Positions 1 to 10,006 of a stretch of 64,000 nucleotides of DNA are shown piece after piece. Within the stretch, counting starts at the first letter, position 1; every line of letters begins with the position of its first letter. This stretch comes from an uncultured bacterium (GTDB lineage: Bacteria > Verrucomicrobiota > Verrucomicrobiia > Verrucomicrobiales > DEV007): positions 64,001-128,000 of the forward strand of contig CAXBMO010000016.1 of NCBI GenBank assembly GCA_963977015.1. The letters are read 5' to 3'. The notes beneath the pieces were generated by a model. The model ran no database searches and was not told where the DNA came from. It worked only from the letters and a program-made list of their open reading frames with translations. Made by a program: the position numbers and the translations under genes.

Positions 1-2241
1 CAAGTAGATGGAACTCCACCAATCAACCGCCCCGGGCGGAACTTCACGCGGCGTAAAATCCACATCCGGCCAACCTAACGGTGCACCGGTTGTTGTCCCT
101 ACATCGGAGGTTGAAAAATCAAAATCGTTCCATGTCTTTGTCGGTATTGTAGCATCAACCGAATTTGCCCTTTCAAAAACAAACAAATTACACTTATAGC
201 TACCTATGAAATCAAGAGTTGGATCCACTCCATATCCCGGCTTGAAAGCCGACGACTTGGCGTATTCGGTACTCCCAAGCTTCGAAACGGCTGCATTACG
301 GATTTCAAGTTGTTTTTGGGTTTCTACCACACCAAAAAAATCTAGTTCCCCTTTTCTGAGGTTCTCGCTGTAAAGCCCTCCTGAATTCTCACCGTGCGGT
401 GCGTCAATTGAACGGACAAAGTTTACAGCCGTTTCTCCAGTTGTCGTATCAACTATAACCCTTGTCTGAAAAATCCCTGTTTCGGTAGCGAAATGTAAAT
501 ATTTCTGACCTCGTGCATGAGTACCTAAAGAGGCCCAGGGTGTGAACCCACCGTCTCCTTGAAGTTGGCGTGCCTGCCAAAAAATAAAATGTGAAGGGAT
601 TTCATCATATTCGATTCCTTCCAGCGTAAAATCTATCATTTCCATTTGTTTCACAACTAGACCGTTTTCAGGGGGAGCCGAGTCGTTGTGGCGTTTGATT
701 TCTATCCTTAGTTCCAACAACGTCCACTCCACAAACACATCCTGATAATACCATTGCCCATCTTGAATTCCACCGAGATGACGGGGGTCAGGATTAATCA
801 ACAAGGGCTCCGAGACCACCGCTCCGGCCGGGACAATCAATTTTTCGATCCTTGTGATCGGTTCATCCTGCCCCCAATAAACTCTCTCCTTGACCAGAAC
901 CAACTGAGAGAAGTCTTCCTCCATGGGTTCAGCCAATCGCAAACGCACTCGTTGGGAGGTGCTAAACCACGAAGAGGGTCCATGACCGTCGTCAACTTCA
1001 AACCCACTTGAGGAATGGGCGGTTCCTTGATCCGCTGGAGTCCAGTCCGTGATGATTTGCCTTCCGTTCTCCTCCAGGTAAATCTCGTCGTACTCCAACC
1101 ACCAGGGACCGTATAAATAGGCCTCCGGCCCTGGATCAACCGGTTGAAATCCATCTCCACCCGATCCCGATCCTGAATCTGATCCATCACCGGAATCCGT
1201 CGAACTTCCATCGGGTCCGCCCTCATCGGAAGGTGAGGGATCAGGCGACGTGCCTGGGCCACCACCCAGAGAATTCTCTTCCGACGAAGCTGGGTCCGTC
1301 GAATCAGGCCCCTCCTCGGGGCCATCAGATTCCTCCGAACTCGGCGGATCGTCAGGATTCCTTGGGTCCGTGCCAAACACGAAAACTTCATCTCCATCAA
1401 AATGACCATCTCCATCGGTATCGGCGAGATGATCCCAAGTCTGGTGAACGATTTCCTGAGCCAACGTCAACCCGTCAGAATCGATATCGCTTTCCCCATC
1501 CTGCGGCAAAAGCGGGTGATAGGGATATTGAGCTTCCAGTTGATCATTGAGGCCGTCTCCATCCGTATCGGCCAACCAAGGATCGGTGTAGACAAAAATG
1601 GGATCGACGGCACCTCCAAAATTCACTCCTGGTTTGCGAGCCTGTTCGCTGACCGGGTCGATCGCGTAGGTCCAATAGCCGTCCAGTTCCAGGAGATCGG
1701 GAATTCCATCTCCATCAGAATCCTCCAGGTCATGGTAATCGGCCGGATACGAGTCAGGATTGAGAAAGGAAAGATCCGGCCAGTTGGAATTTTCCCATTC
1801 ATTACCATCCGGATCGGTAGGATTGGCGACTGTTTCCTCTCCCTCCGTTTCGGGCGAGTAGTCTTCGTACGAACCTGAATCTTCCGGGTAAGTCTCACCC
1901 TCGTAATACCCTTCGCTATCCGAGTAGCCTTCTGATCCATCGTCAATTCCTTCCGATCCGTCGTAGTAGCTGTCAGTATCGGTTTCTTCACCGTAGGAAT
2001 CCCAGCCATAGTCGGTATCAGGATCTTCGTAGTATTCAGAATCCGTCGATGAATCGTAAGCGTAAGGGTCGTAACCTTCTCCGTAATATTCGTCCCAATA
2101 ATCGTCTTCGTAGTAGTCGTAAGAACCGTCGTCCTGCGCCTGAAGCAGGACCATGGTGAAAACCCCAAGGACAACTACCATCCCGACCTGAGGGCCTCTT
2201 GTTCGAAAACGTTGCAGCAACAAATTCCTGACTCTACGCAT
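1..2241 (-). CDS. Large secreted or anchored protein, 3'-truncated by the window edge: Tyr/Asp/Glu-rich tract, DxDGDG (TSP3-like) Ca-binding repeats, Gly/Ser/Pro linker, AT-rich C-terminal domain
   Basis: Translated by hand from ATG 2241 (AAGGTAG upstream) with no stop down to base 1: MRRVRNLLLQRFRTRGPQVGMVVVLGVFTMVLLQAQDDGSYDYYEDDYW...DSDGDGIPD...DTDGDGLND...DTDGDGHFDGDE...YKCNLFVFE...WWSSIYL. Probably absent from the ORF track because it has no stop in the window. Confidence 0.85.
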   Translation of the reverse strand, partial: MRRVRNLLLQRFRTRGPQVGMVVVLGVFTMVLLQAQDDGSYDYYEDDYWDEYYGEGYDPYAYDSSTDSEYYEDPDTDYGWDSYGEETDTDSYYDGSEGIDDGSEGYSDSEGYYEGETYPEDSGSYEDYSPETEGEETVANPTDPDGNEWENSNWPDLSFLNPDSYPADYHDLEDSDGDGIPDLLELDGYWTYAIDPVSEQARKPGVNFGGAVDPIFVYTDPWLADTDGDGLNDQLEAQYPYHPLLPQDGESDIDSDGLTLAQEIVHQTWDHLADTDGDGHFDGDEVFVFGTDPRNPDDPPSSEESDGPEEGPDSTDPASSEENSLGGGPGTSPDPSPSDEGGPDGSSTDSGDGSDSGSGSGGDGFQPVDPGPEAYLYGPWWLEYDEIYLEENGRQIITDWTPADQGTAHSSSGFEVDDGHGPSSWFSTSQRVRLRLAEPMEEDFSQLVLVKERVYWGQDEPITRIEKLIVPAGAVVSEPLLINPDPRHLGGIQDGQWYYQDVFVEWTLLELRIEIKRHNDSAPPENGLVVKQMEMIDFTLEGIEYDEIPSHFIFWQARQLQGDGGFTPWASLGTHARGQKYLHFATETGIFQTRVIVDTTTGETAVNFVRSIDAPHGENSGGLYSENLRKGELDFFGVVETQKQLEIRNAAVSKLGSTEYAKSSAFKPGYGVDPTLDFIGSYKCNLFVFERANSVDATIPTKTWNDFDFSTSDVGTTTGAPLGWPDVDFTPREVPPGAVDWWSSIYL

Positions 2242-2341
2242 ATCTACCTTGATCACGGGTTAGACCAAAGATCCTGGCAACCTTCAATCTTCACACCAGT
2301 TGTAGGAGAATCGTCAGGAAGGTGACAAGATTTTTCTCTCG

Positions 2342-2461
2342 TTGAACACCATTCAACATGAGTTAGGGCTCGATCACGAAAAGCTGACCTCCACCTACGC
2401 CGGGCGTCGATTTCGGCTGACCGACGTTGCGAGCCATGGCATTCATGACATCATCAGCTGA
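2342..2461 (+). pseudogene. 3' remnant of a DUF1501-family gene
   Basis: Reads [39 protein letters not shown]. This resembles the C-terminus of the DUF1501 gene at 63630 ([28 protein letters not shown]). No upstream gene body. Confidence 0.75.
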
Positions 2462-2783
2462 TCGCCCCTGCTTCCTGCTTCTCCCTTTACCCCAGAGGCG
2501 CATTTGCTCGGTTCGCATTTACCGCGACTGGAAAATGTCGCTGCTGAGACACTCCACGATGAGCGTCCGGAGGCCACGGTCGCGGACCGTCTCGTAGATT
2601 TCGTCGATCTCGAAGTCGTCGACCGGCTCCATGTGACGCCCGGTCGAGTAGCTGATTCGCAACCATCGGGAAGAATGACTCTCTCGGTCCCTTTTCAAGA
2701 ACCGTTCGTCATGCGGTATTTTTACCAAAACATGCGGCCTCCTTCATTGCGTGCTGTTTGTTCTTCGAGCATGCTTTCATGCC

Positions 2784-4172
2784 ATGTTCGACTTTCTCGC
2801 TGAAACCCCTGGAGATCATGCTCGGCTCTGCGCTGGAAAGAACCGGCGCGAATTTCTCCAAATTGGCGCGCTTGGCGCCGCCGGACTTTCGCTCCCCCAA
2901 TATCTTGCGGCGAAGCAGAATGGCGCGGTCAAACCCGGTCATGATAACCGTTCGTGCATCATGATCTTCAACCTCGGGGGCCCCAGCCACATCGATCTGT
3001 GGGACATGAAACCCGATGCCCCGAGCGAAATTCGCGGACCCTTCAAGCCCATTCGTACCAACTCACCCGAGATCGACATTTCGGAGATTCTCCCGATGCA
3101 CGCCAAGGTCGCGGACAAGTTTTCGCTGGTGCGCAGTTGTCATCATGGCGGCGCAGCGGTGCATGACGCCGGTTGGCAGATCATGCAGACCGGGCGACGT
3201 TTCACCGGAGGCATTTCGACACCGCACGCCGGAGCGGTGACGAGCTATTTGAAGGGACGAAAAAGCGATCTGCCGCCCTTCGTCGTCCTGCCGGAATTGA
3301 TGGGACGGGGTGGCGGAAATCTACCGAACGGACAGGCCGGCGGATTCCTGGGGAAAGCCCACGATCCCTTTGCGCTGATGGCCGATCCCTCGGTGAAAGA
3401 TTTTGAGGTGCCGGATCTGCTTCCCCCGGATCAGATCGGCGCGGCCCGGCTCGACCGTCGTCGCAAGATGCGCGACATCGTCGAAGAGAGCGTGAAGAAT
3501 TTCGAAGCGAGCGAGGATGCGCGTCTGCTCGACGAAAACTTCCAGGCAGCCTTTCGCATGATGACGAGCGAGCAGGCCCGCAGCGCGTTCGACCTTTCCC
3601 AGGAACCTGAGAAAGTCCGGGAGCGCTATGGGATGAACCGGGTCGGTCAGTGCTTCCTGCTTGCACGCCGCCTCGTGGAGAACGGAGTTCGCTTCGTCAC
3701 CGTGAACACCTTCCTCACGGTGTTCAACGAACTAAGCTGGGACATTCACGGCTCCAAACCCTTCATCAGCGTGAAGCAGATGAAGGAGCAGGTCGCCCCG
3801 ATGTATGACCAGGCCTACTCGGCGTTGCTCGAAGATCTCTTTGATCGTGGATTGTTGGATGACACGCTGGTGACGACGCTCGCGGAATTCGGTCGGACGC
3901 CCAAAGTCAACCCGGCCGGCGGTCGCGATCACTGGCCGCAGTGTTTCACCGTTTCGTTCGCCGGTGGCGGCGTTCAAGGTGGTCAGGTCGTCGGCGCAAG
4001 CGATCCCATTGGCGGTTTCCCTGCCGAGCGGCCCGTCGATCCTGCCGAAGTGGTGGCCACGATTTTCCACAGCCTCGGACTCGACCCGGAAGGCCACCTT
4101 CCCGGCCCTGCCGGACGCCCGTTCCCCCTGGTCGATTTCGGAAACGAGCCCATTCGCGAATTGTTCGGCTGA
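2784..4172 (+). CDS. DUF1501 domain-containing protein
   Basis: RREFLQIG leader, GGPSHIDLWDMKP, WDIH, EFGRTPKVN and GRDHW motifs. Confidence 0.92.
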   Translation: MFDFLAETPGDHARLCAGKNRREFLQIGALGAAGLSLPQYLAAKQNGAVKPGHDNRSCIMIFNLGGPSHIDLWDMKPDAPSEIRGPFKPIRTNSPEIDISEILPMHAKVADKFSLVRSCHHGGAAVHDAGWQIMQTGRRFTGGISTPHAGAVTSYLKGRKSDLPPFVVLPELMGRGGGNLPNGQAGGFLGKAHDPFALMADPSVKDFEVPDLLPPDQIGAARLDRRRKMRDIVEESVKNFEASEDARLLDENFQAAFRMMTSEQARSAFDLSQEPEKVRERYGMNRVGQCFLLARRLVENGVRFVTVNTFLTVFNELSWDIHGSKPFISVKQMKEQVAPMYDQAYSALLEDLFDRGLLDDTLVTTLAEFGRTPKVNPAGGRDHWPQCFTVSFAGGGVQGGQVVGASDPIGGFPAERPVDPAEVVATIFHSLGLDPEGHLPGPAGRPFPLVDFGNEPIRELFG

Positions 4173-4191
4173 CCAAACCTGGAATCCCATC

Positions 4192-6669
4192 ATGAAACCC
4201 CACTGCGCAATCTGGATTGCAGCCTTCGCCTTCGTCAAATTCGCGACGGCCCAAGAACTGGCGATCCTCCCCTCCACCATCAACCTGAGCGGACCGGAGT
4301 CCACGCAACGTCTGATCATCGCGCTCCAACTCGGCGAGGGGGAATATTCGCAAGGGCTCGACGGGGTCGCCCTCGCTTCCGACAATCCCAAGGTCGCGCA
4401 GTTCGAGAATGGCGCCGTTATTCCCAAGTCGAACGGAACCGCGACCATCGTTGCGACAACAACCGACGGAAAAACCGCGAAAGCCGTCGTCACCGTGAGG
4501 GACTTTGGCCAAGAAACCGAGTGGAGTTTCCGCAACCACGTTCAACCGGTCCTCGCCAAGCAGGGCTGCAACATGGGGGCGTGTCACGGCGCACTGGCGG
4601 GCAAAGGCGGCTTCCGGCTGAGCCTGCGAGGTTATGATCCCGAGGCGGACCACCACACCATCACGCGGGAAGCTCGCGGCCGGCGGATTGAGTTGAATGA
4701 TCCCGGTCGCAGCCTGCTTCTCACCAAGGCAACCACGGCGCTGAAGCACACCGGCGGCAGGCAGATTGTCGTCGGCTCCCGAGACTACGAAGTCCTTTCC
4801 CGTTGGATTGCGGAAGGAGCGAAGCCACCTCAGGCGAGGGATCCACGCCTGACCCATCTGGAGATCTTCCCTCCCCTCTCGATTCTCAAACCGGGCGACA
4901 AGCAACGCATCGTCGTTCGTGCCACCTACTCGGATGGACGCGAGGAAGATGTGACACACTGGGCAAAGTTCACGTCGTCCAATGAAGCGGTCGCACTCGT
5001 CGATGAAGATGGCTCCATTTCCGTGATCGGGCCTGGCGAGGGAGCTGTGACCGCCTGGTTTTCGAGCCAGATTGTGACCGCCCGAATCTCAGCTCCGTTT
5101 CCTCACCAGATTCCAGCCCAGGTTTATGCCCGGGAGTCTCGAAACAATTTCATCGACGCCCATGTTCTCGACCAACTCGAACGGCTCAACCTGAAGCCCT
5201 CACCTCGTTCCACCGATTCCGAATTCATTCGCCGCGTCCATCTGGACACGATCGGTCTTCTCCCGACTCCAGCCGAAACCCGGGCGTTCCTCGCGGATTC
5301 GAATCCGAAGAAGCGCGAGCGCCTCATCGATGCCCTGCTCAGGCGCGAGGAATACGTCGATTACTGGGCCTACCGTTGGTCCGACATGCTGCTGGTGAAC
5401 GGGAGAAAACTGCGCCCGGAAGCGGTCAAAGCCTACTACTCCTGGATTCGCAGCTCCGTGGAGAAGAACCTGCCGTGGGATGAAATGGCCCGCCAAATCG
5501 TCACCGCCACCGGAAGCAGCGTGGAGAACGGCGCGACGAACTTTTTCGCGGTTCATCAGGATCCGGAAAACATGGCGGAGAACGTGAGTCAGGCATTTCT
5601 CAGCTTATCGATCAACTGCGCCAAGTGCCATAACCATCCTCTTGAGAAGTGGACCAATGATCAATACTATCAATTCGCAAATCTCTTCTCCCGCGTCCGG
5701 GCGAAAGGTTGGGGAGGCGATGCCCGCAATGGCAATGGAATCCGGACCCTCTACGTTGAGCCGCGTGGCGAATTGATTCAGCCGCGCACCGGTCAACCTC
5801 AGATTCCGGCTCCGCTCGACGCCGAGCCGATCGATCCGGATGACACCCGCGATCGTCGAGAAGTTCTCGCCGCGTGGCTGACTTCGCCGGACAACAATCT
5901 TTTCAGCCGCTCGATTACGAATCGCGTTTGGGCGAACTTTTTCGGCATCGGCCTGGTTGATCCGGTGGACGACCTGCGAGCTTCCAATCCGGCCAGCAAC
6001 GAACCCGTGCTCCACGACCTGGCCAACTACCTCGTCCAGCAAAACTTCGACCTGAAAGCCGTGATGCGCCTCATCCTGCAAAGCGAGACCTATCAGCGCA
6101 GCAGCGTTCCGTTGGCGGAAAACAAGGACGAACATCGCTACTTTTCGCGCTATTATCCGCGCCGTCTCATGGCGGAGGTGCTCCACGATGCCGTCGCCGG
6201 AATCACCGAGGTTCCAACCGCGTTCAACCAGATCACCCTCAGCGATGGCAGCGTTCAGAAGACAGAGTTTTACGACAAAGGAACGCGGGCGATCCAGCTT
6301 TTCGATTCCGCCGTCGCGTCCTACTTCCTGAAAACGTTTGGTCGCAACGATCGCGAGATCAGCTGCGAATGCGAACGCTCGAACCAACCCAGTCTCGTTC
6401 AGGTTTTGCACGTTTCGAACGGGTCGACACTCAACGACAAATTGAAGGCACCGGAAAGCATCGTGACCAGCCTCACCAAAGACCATTCGGACGATCGCAA
6501 GATCGTGGAGCAAGCCTACCTGCTCTGCCTTTCCCGGGTTCCAACCGAACGCGAAGCCTCCAGCTTTGCTGAAATACTGGCGAGCACGCCTCCCGCCGAA
6601 AAACGCATCGCGGTGGAAGACCTGTTCTGGTCACTCATGAGCTCACGGGAGTTCCTCTTCCAACACTAA
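4192..6669 (+). CDS. DUF1549/DUF1553 protein with Ig-like (Big_2) domains
   Basis: Signal peptide, GCNMGACHG, NFIDAHV, FIRRVHLD, CAKCHNHP, NRVWANFFG, CECER and a terminal EFLFQH. Confidence 0.9.
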   Translation: MKPHCAIWIAAFAFVKFATAQELAILPSTINLSGPESTQRLIIALQLGEGEYSQGLDGVALASDNPKVAQFENGAVIPKSNGTATIVATTTDGKTAKAVVTVRDFGQETEWSFRNHVQPVLAKQGCNMGACHGALAGKGGFRLSLRGYDPEADHHTITREARGRRIELNDPGRSLLLTKATTALKHTGGRQIVVGSRDYEVLSRWIAEGAKPPQARDPRLTHLEIFPPLSILKPGDKQRIVVRATYSDGREEDVTHWAKFTSSNEAVALVDEDGSISVIGPGEGAVTAWFSSQIVTARISAPFPHQIPAQVYARESRNNFIDAHVLDQLERLNLKPSPRSTDSEFIRRVHLDTIGLLPTPAETRAFLADSNPKKRERLIDALLRREEYVDYWAYRWSDMLLVNGRKLRPEAVKAYYSWIRSSVEKNLPWDEMARQIVTATGSSVENGATNFFAVHQDPENMAENVSQAFLSLSINCAKCHNHPLEKWTNDQYYQFANLFSRVRAKGWGGDARNGNGIRTLYVEPRGELIQPRTGQPQIPAPLDAEPIDPDDTRDRREVLAAWLTSPDNNLFSRSITNRVWANFFGIGLVDPVDDLRASNPASNEPVLHDLANYLVQQNFDLKAVMRLILQSETYQRSSVPLAENKDEHRYFSRYYPRRLMAEVLHDAVAGITEVPTAFNQITLSDGSVQKTEFYDKGTRAIQLFDSAVASYFLKTFGRNDREISCECERSNQPSLVQVLHVSNGSTLNDKLKAPESIVTSLTKDHSDDRKIVEQAYLLCLSRVPTEREASSFAEILASTPPAEKRIAVEDLFWSLMSSREFLFQH

Positions 6670-6682
6670 CCTGCTTCCCACC

Positions 6683-9409
6683 ATGCCACGTATCCTCGCC
6701 TTCTTTTCGCTTGCGCTCATCACGGCAAACGCGGCACCGGATTACCAGAAAGACATCGCTCCGTTGCTTCGCCAATACTGCGCGGGCTGTCACAATGACG
6801 AAGACCTGGAAGGTGATTTTTCGGTCGAGTTTTTCGCCGATGTTCAGGAAGGAATGAACCTTCGTCCCGGCAATCCGGAAAAGAGCGAACTGATCCGCCT
6901 GATGACCGGCCAGGCCAAGGAACCGATGCCGCCTGCCGACGAACCTCAGCCTACTGAAGCGGAGATCTCCGTCTTTCGGGAATGGATTTCCGCCGGCGCG
7001 AAAGGACCAACCGGCGATGCCGACCTGTCGATCCTCTCCAGTCTCGACGTCCCCAAAATCGCGGCTGCGCCAACTCAAACCGCAATCACGGCTGTCGCTC
7101 ACGCTCCCGATGGCTCAAGGGCGACGGCACGATATGGCAGGATCGAACTAACGGACGCGGCTGACTCCAAAAAGGAAACCCTTCGCGTGCTCGGGCCCCT
7201 TCCCGGCAAAGTGAACGCGCTGCATTTTTCCAAAAACGGAGCCCAACTCATCGCGGCATCCGGGATCACGGGATTGAACGGAATTGCCACCGTCTTCGAT
7301 GTGGAATCCGGAGAGCCCGTCCTTGAGATTGGCGATGGCTACCATCGTGACGTGCTCTATGACGCCGAGTTTTCGCCGGATGGAAAGCACATCGCCACAG
7401 CGGGCTACGACGCGAAAATCGCGATCTGGGATCGCGCGAGTGGGAACCGAATCCGGACGATCGAAGTCCACAACGGCGCGATTTTCGATCTCGCCTTCAG
7501 TCCCGACGGATCCGTTCTCGCCAGCGCGAGTGGCGATTCGACGGTCAAGATCTGGAAGGTCGATTCCGGGCTTCGGCTCGACACGCTCAACCAACCTCAA
7601 GGCGAGCAATTCAGTGTCGCGTTTACGCCCGACGGCAGGCACATCCTCGCCGGTGGCGCGGACAATCGCATCCGCATGTGGCGATTCATTTCGAAGACCA
7701 AACCGCAAATCAATCCGCTGATTCAGGCGCGATACGCCCACGAAGATGCGGTCGTGAACGTCGTGTTCTCGGCCGATGGCAAGAGCTTGATTTCCTCGGG
7801 TGACGATCGCGCTCTCAAGCAATGGAGCCTTCCCGGCCTTGAGCAAGTCCGAGCCTGGGAAAACCAGCCCGATGTGGCTGCCGCATTGAGTTGGGAAGCG
7901 GAAAAGCTCTTCGTCGCGAGAATGGATGGCTCGACCGCGACCCTTTCCCTAGCGGCTCCGAAAGGCCGGCGCGATTTGACGAGTGACTCCCCCGTGGTGC
8001 AACCTTCCAACACGGACCTTTCGCCGATCCTGCTCAGCGAGGTCGAGCCGAACAATGGACCGGCCGAAGCGATGTCCGCGCAGAGGCTGCCCGCCGAAAT
8101 CCGCGGCAAGATCGAGGCCGAAGGCGACTTCGATCATTTCTGGTTTCGCGCCAAACGCGGTGAACCCTGGGTCTTCGAGATCAACGCCGCGAGGACCAAG
8201 TCCAAGCTCGATTCCAAAGTTGAGATTCTGCATGCCGACGGCACCCCGGTTGAGCGGGTCAAACTCCAGGCAGTTCGCGATTCCTGGTTCACGTTCCGCG
8301 GGAAAGACTCCGATACGTCGAACGATTTCCGGGTTCACAACTGGCGCGAAATGGAGCTGAACGAATACCTCTACGCGAACGGCGAAGTGGTGAAGCTCTG
8401 GCTCTATCCCCGCGGCCCCGATTCCGGTTTCAAGGTCTATCCGGGCGTTGGGAAACGTCGCTCCTACTTTGGCACCACCGCGCTTTCCCATGCCCTTGGT
8501 CAGCCAACTGCGATTGTCGAACCGATTCCGCCCGGCACGGAGCCGGCGCCGAACGGCCTGCCGGTTTACACGATTTTCTACGAGAACGACGACGATTCCG
8601 AACGCCACCTCGGCACGGATTCCCGGCTCGATTTTGTGGCTCCGGCAACGGGCGACTACGTGGTTCGCGTGAGCGATGTGCGCGGATTCGGCGGCTCAGA
8701 TTTCTCTTACACGTTGAAGATTCGGCAGCCGAAGCCTGAATTCAACGTCGCGATCACGGACGTGAAGGATGTCGTCGTCAGCCCCGGCAGCGGCAGGGAG
8801 TTTAACCTCAAAGTGGATCGCCACGATGAGTTCATGGGCGAGATCCGGGTCGATATCTCCGGCCTTCCACCTGGATTTTCGGCGACCACTCCCATCATCA
8901 TCGAGGCGAACCAGCACCTGGCTTCCGGCGTTCTCTTCGCTGAAGCCGATGCGCCCGTTCCCTCCGCCGACCGGGCAAACCAGGCGAAGTTCATCGCAAC
9001 CGCCAATCTGGGCGGACGCAAGGTCACCCGCGAAGTCGGCACGTTTGGCACCATCAAACTGGGAGAACCGGCTCCCATCACGATCGAGATTCAGGCATCA
9101 AACGACGTCATTGAAATCCGCCCCGGCGAGACCGTGACCGCAAAAGTGGTCGCCAATCGTGGTGAATTCAAAGACCGCATCACCCTGGGGAAGGAAGATT
9201 CGGGCCGCAATTTCCTGCACGGTCTCTATGTCGACAACATCGGTTTGAGCGGGCTCATGCTGCCGGAGGGCGTTAGCGAGCGCACCTTTTTCATCACCGC
9301 CGCGCCCTGGGTTCAACCGAGCGAGCGGCTCGTTCATTTGCGCGCGGATCAGGGTGGGAAACAGGCCACCCGTCCGGTCCTACTCCGGGTTCTGGAGCCG
9401 AAGGAGTAA
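6683..9409 (+). CDS. Planctomycete cytochrome c + WD40 repeat + PPC-domain protein
   Basis: CAGCH heme motif, WD40 repeats (FSPDG...ASASGDSTVKIW), EVEPNN / GDFDHFWF PPC-like segments. In an operon with the two preceding genes. Confidence 0.88.
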   Translation: MPRILAFFSLALITANAAPDYQKDIAPLLRQYCAGCHNDEDLEGDFSVEFFADVQEGMNLRPGNPEKSELIRLMTGQAKEPMPPADEPQPTEAEISVFREWISAGAKGPTGDADLSILSSLDVPKIAAAPTQTAITAVAHAPDGSRATARYGRIELTDAADSKKETLRVLGPLPGKVNALHFSKNGAQLIAASGITGLNGIATVFDVESGEPVLEIGDGYHRDVLYDAEFSPDGKHIATAGYDAKIAIWDRASGNRIRTIEVHNGAIFDLAFSPDGSVLASASGDSTVKIWKVDSGLRLDTLNQPQGEQFSVAFTPDGRHILAGGADNRIRMWRFISKTKPQINPLIQARYAHEDAVVNVVFSADGKSLISSGDDRALKQWSLPGLEQVRAWENQPDVAAALSWEAEKLFVARMDGSTATLSLAAPKGRRDLTSDSPVVQPSNTDLSPILLSEVEPNNGPAEAMSAQRLPAEIRGKIEAEGDFDHFWFRAKRGEPWVFEINAARTKSKLDSKVEILHADGTPVERVKLQAVRDSWFTFRGKDSDTSNDFRVHNWREMELNEYLYANGEVVKLWLYPRGPDSGFKVYPGVGKRRSYFGTTALSHALGQPTAIVEPIPPGTEPAPNGLPVYTIFYENDDDSERHLGTDSRLDFVAPATGDYVVRVSDVRGFGGSDFSYTLKIRQPKPEFNVAITDVKDVVVSPGSGREFNLKVDRHDEFMGEIRVDISGLPPGFSATTPIIIEANQHLASGVLFAEADAPVPSADRANQAKFIATANLGGRKVTREVGTFGTIKLGEPAPITIEIQASNDVIEIRPGETVTAKVVANRGEFKDRITLGKEDSGRNFLHGLYVDNIGLSGLMLPEGVSERTFFITAAPWVQPSERLVHLRADQGGKQATRPVLLRVLEPKE

Positions 9410-9418
9410 TCCATCCAC

Positions 9419-9868
9419 CTACCGCGAAATCGTGCCACTGACGGTTCCGGCTTTGCCGCCGGGGCTCCACCAGCTTCCCACATACACATCGTTGTGAAAG
9501 AGCACCCGCGCGGACCAGGTTCCGCCGTCACCCGTTCGCGCGTCGTCGAGAATCACCACCGCGGTGTCGCCGGCAAATTTCACGACCACGGGAATCGGGT
9601 GCTCCAACACCTGTCCCTTGTGCTCCACCCGGGTCACGAGATGCCACTGATCTCCCTTTTGTTTCTCGGCACGCACGATGTGGTACGCGTCGTTGCGATC
9701 CTCACCCAAGCTTCCATCGCGGACCGGCGCCCAGGTTCCCTTCAACGTTGCATTTTCGAGCATGGCAACAAATGCAGACTCGGCAACGGCTGAATCTGTT
9801 TCGGCGAATAGCGGGCCGGCAAACAAAGCGGATCCAAGCAGGAAGAGGGAAGTGACCAGGGGTTTCAT
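9419..9868 (-). CDS. Secreted hypothetical beta-rich protein
   Basis: MKPLVTSLFLLGSALFA signal peptide; fills the gap between flanking genes. Confidence 0.75.
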   Translation of the reverse strand: MKPLVTSLFLLGSALFAGPLFAETDSAVAESAFVAMLENATLKGTWAPVRDGSLGEDRNDAYHIVRAEKQKGDQWHLVTRVEHKGQVLEHPIPVVVKFAGDTAVVILDDARTGDGGTWSARVLFHNDVYVGSWWSPGGKAGTVSGTISR

Positions 9869-10006
9869 GGAGTCCAATGAAGGATGACTATCGGCCGGGC
9901 GCCACCAGAAAGCTTTTCTAAAAAGGGATTGAAAACTCCGGCGAAAACGCGCCCAATCTCCATCGTGGCGACACTCTCCCCTCCCCAATTCAGATTCCAC
10001 CTTCGC

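Noticed and set aside
837-2174. ORF-track entries 837..1415, 1402..1878 and 1623..2174
   Set aside because: Alternative-frame or antisense shadows of the real 1..2241 minus-strand gene.
2504-2803. Short ORFs upstream of the DUF1501 operon (2519..2728 minus, 2504..2803 plus)
   Set aside because: No recognisable motif or RBS; cannot be told apart from chance ORFs.
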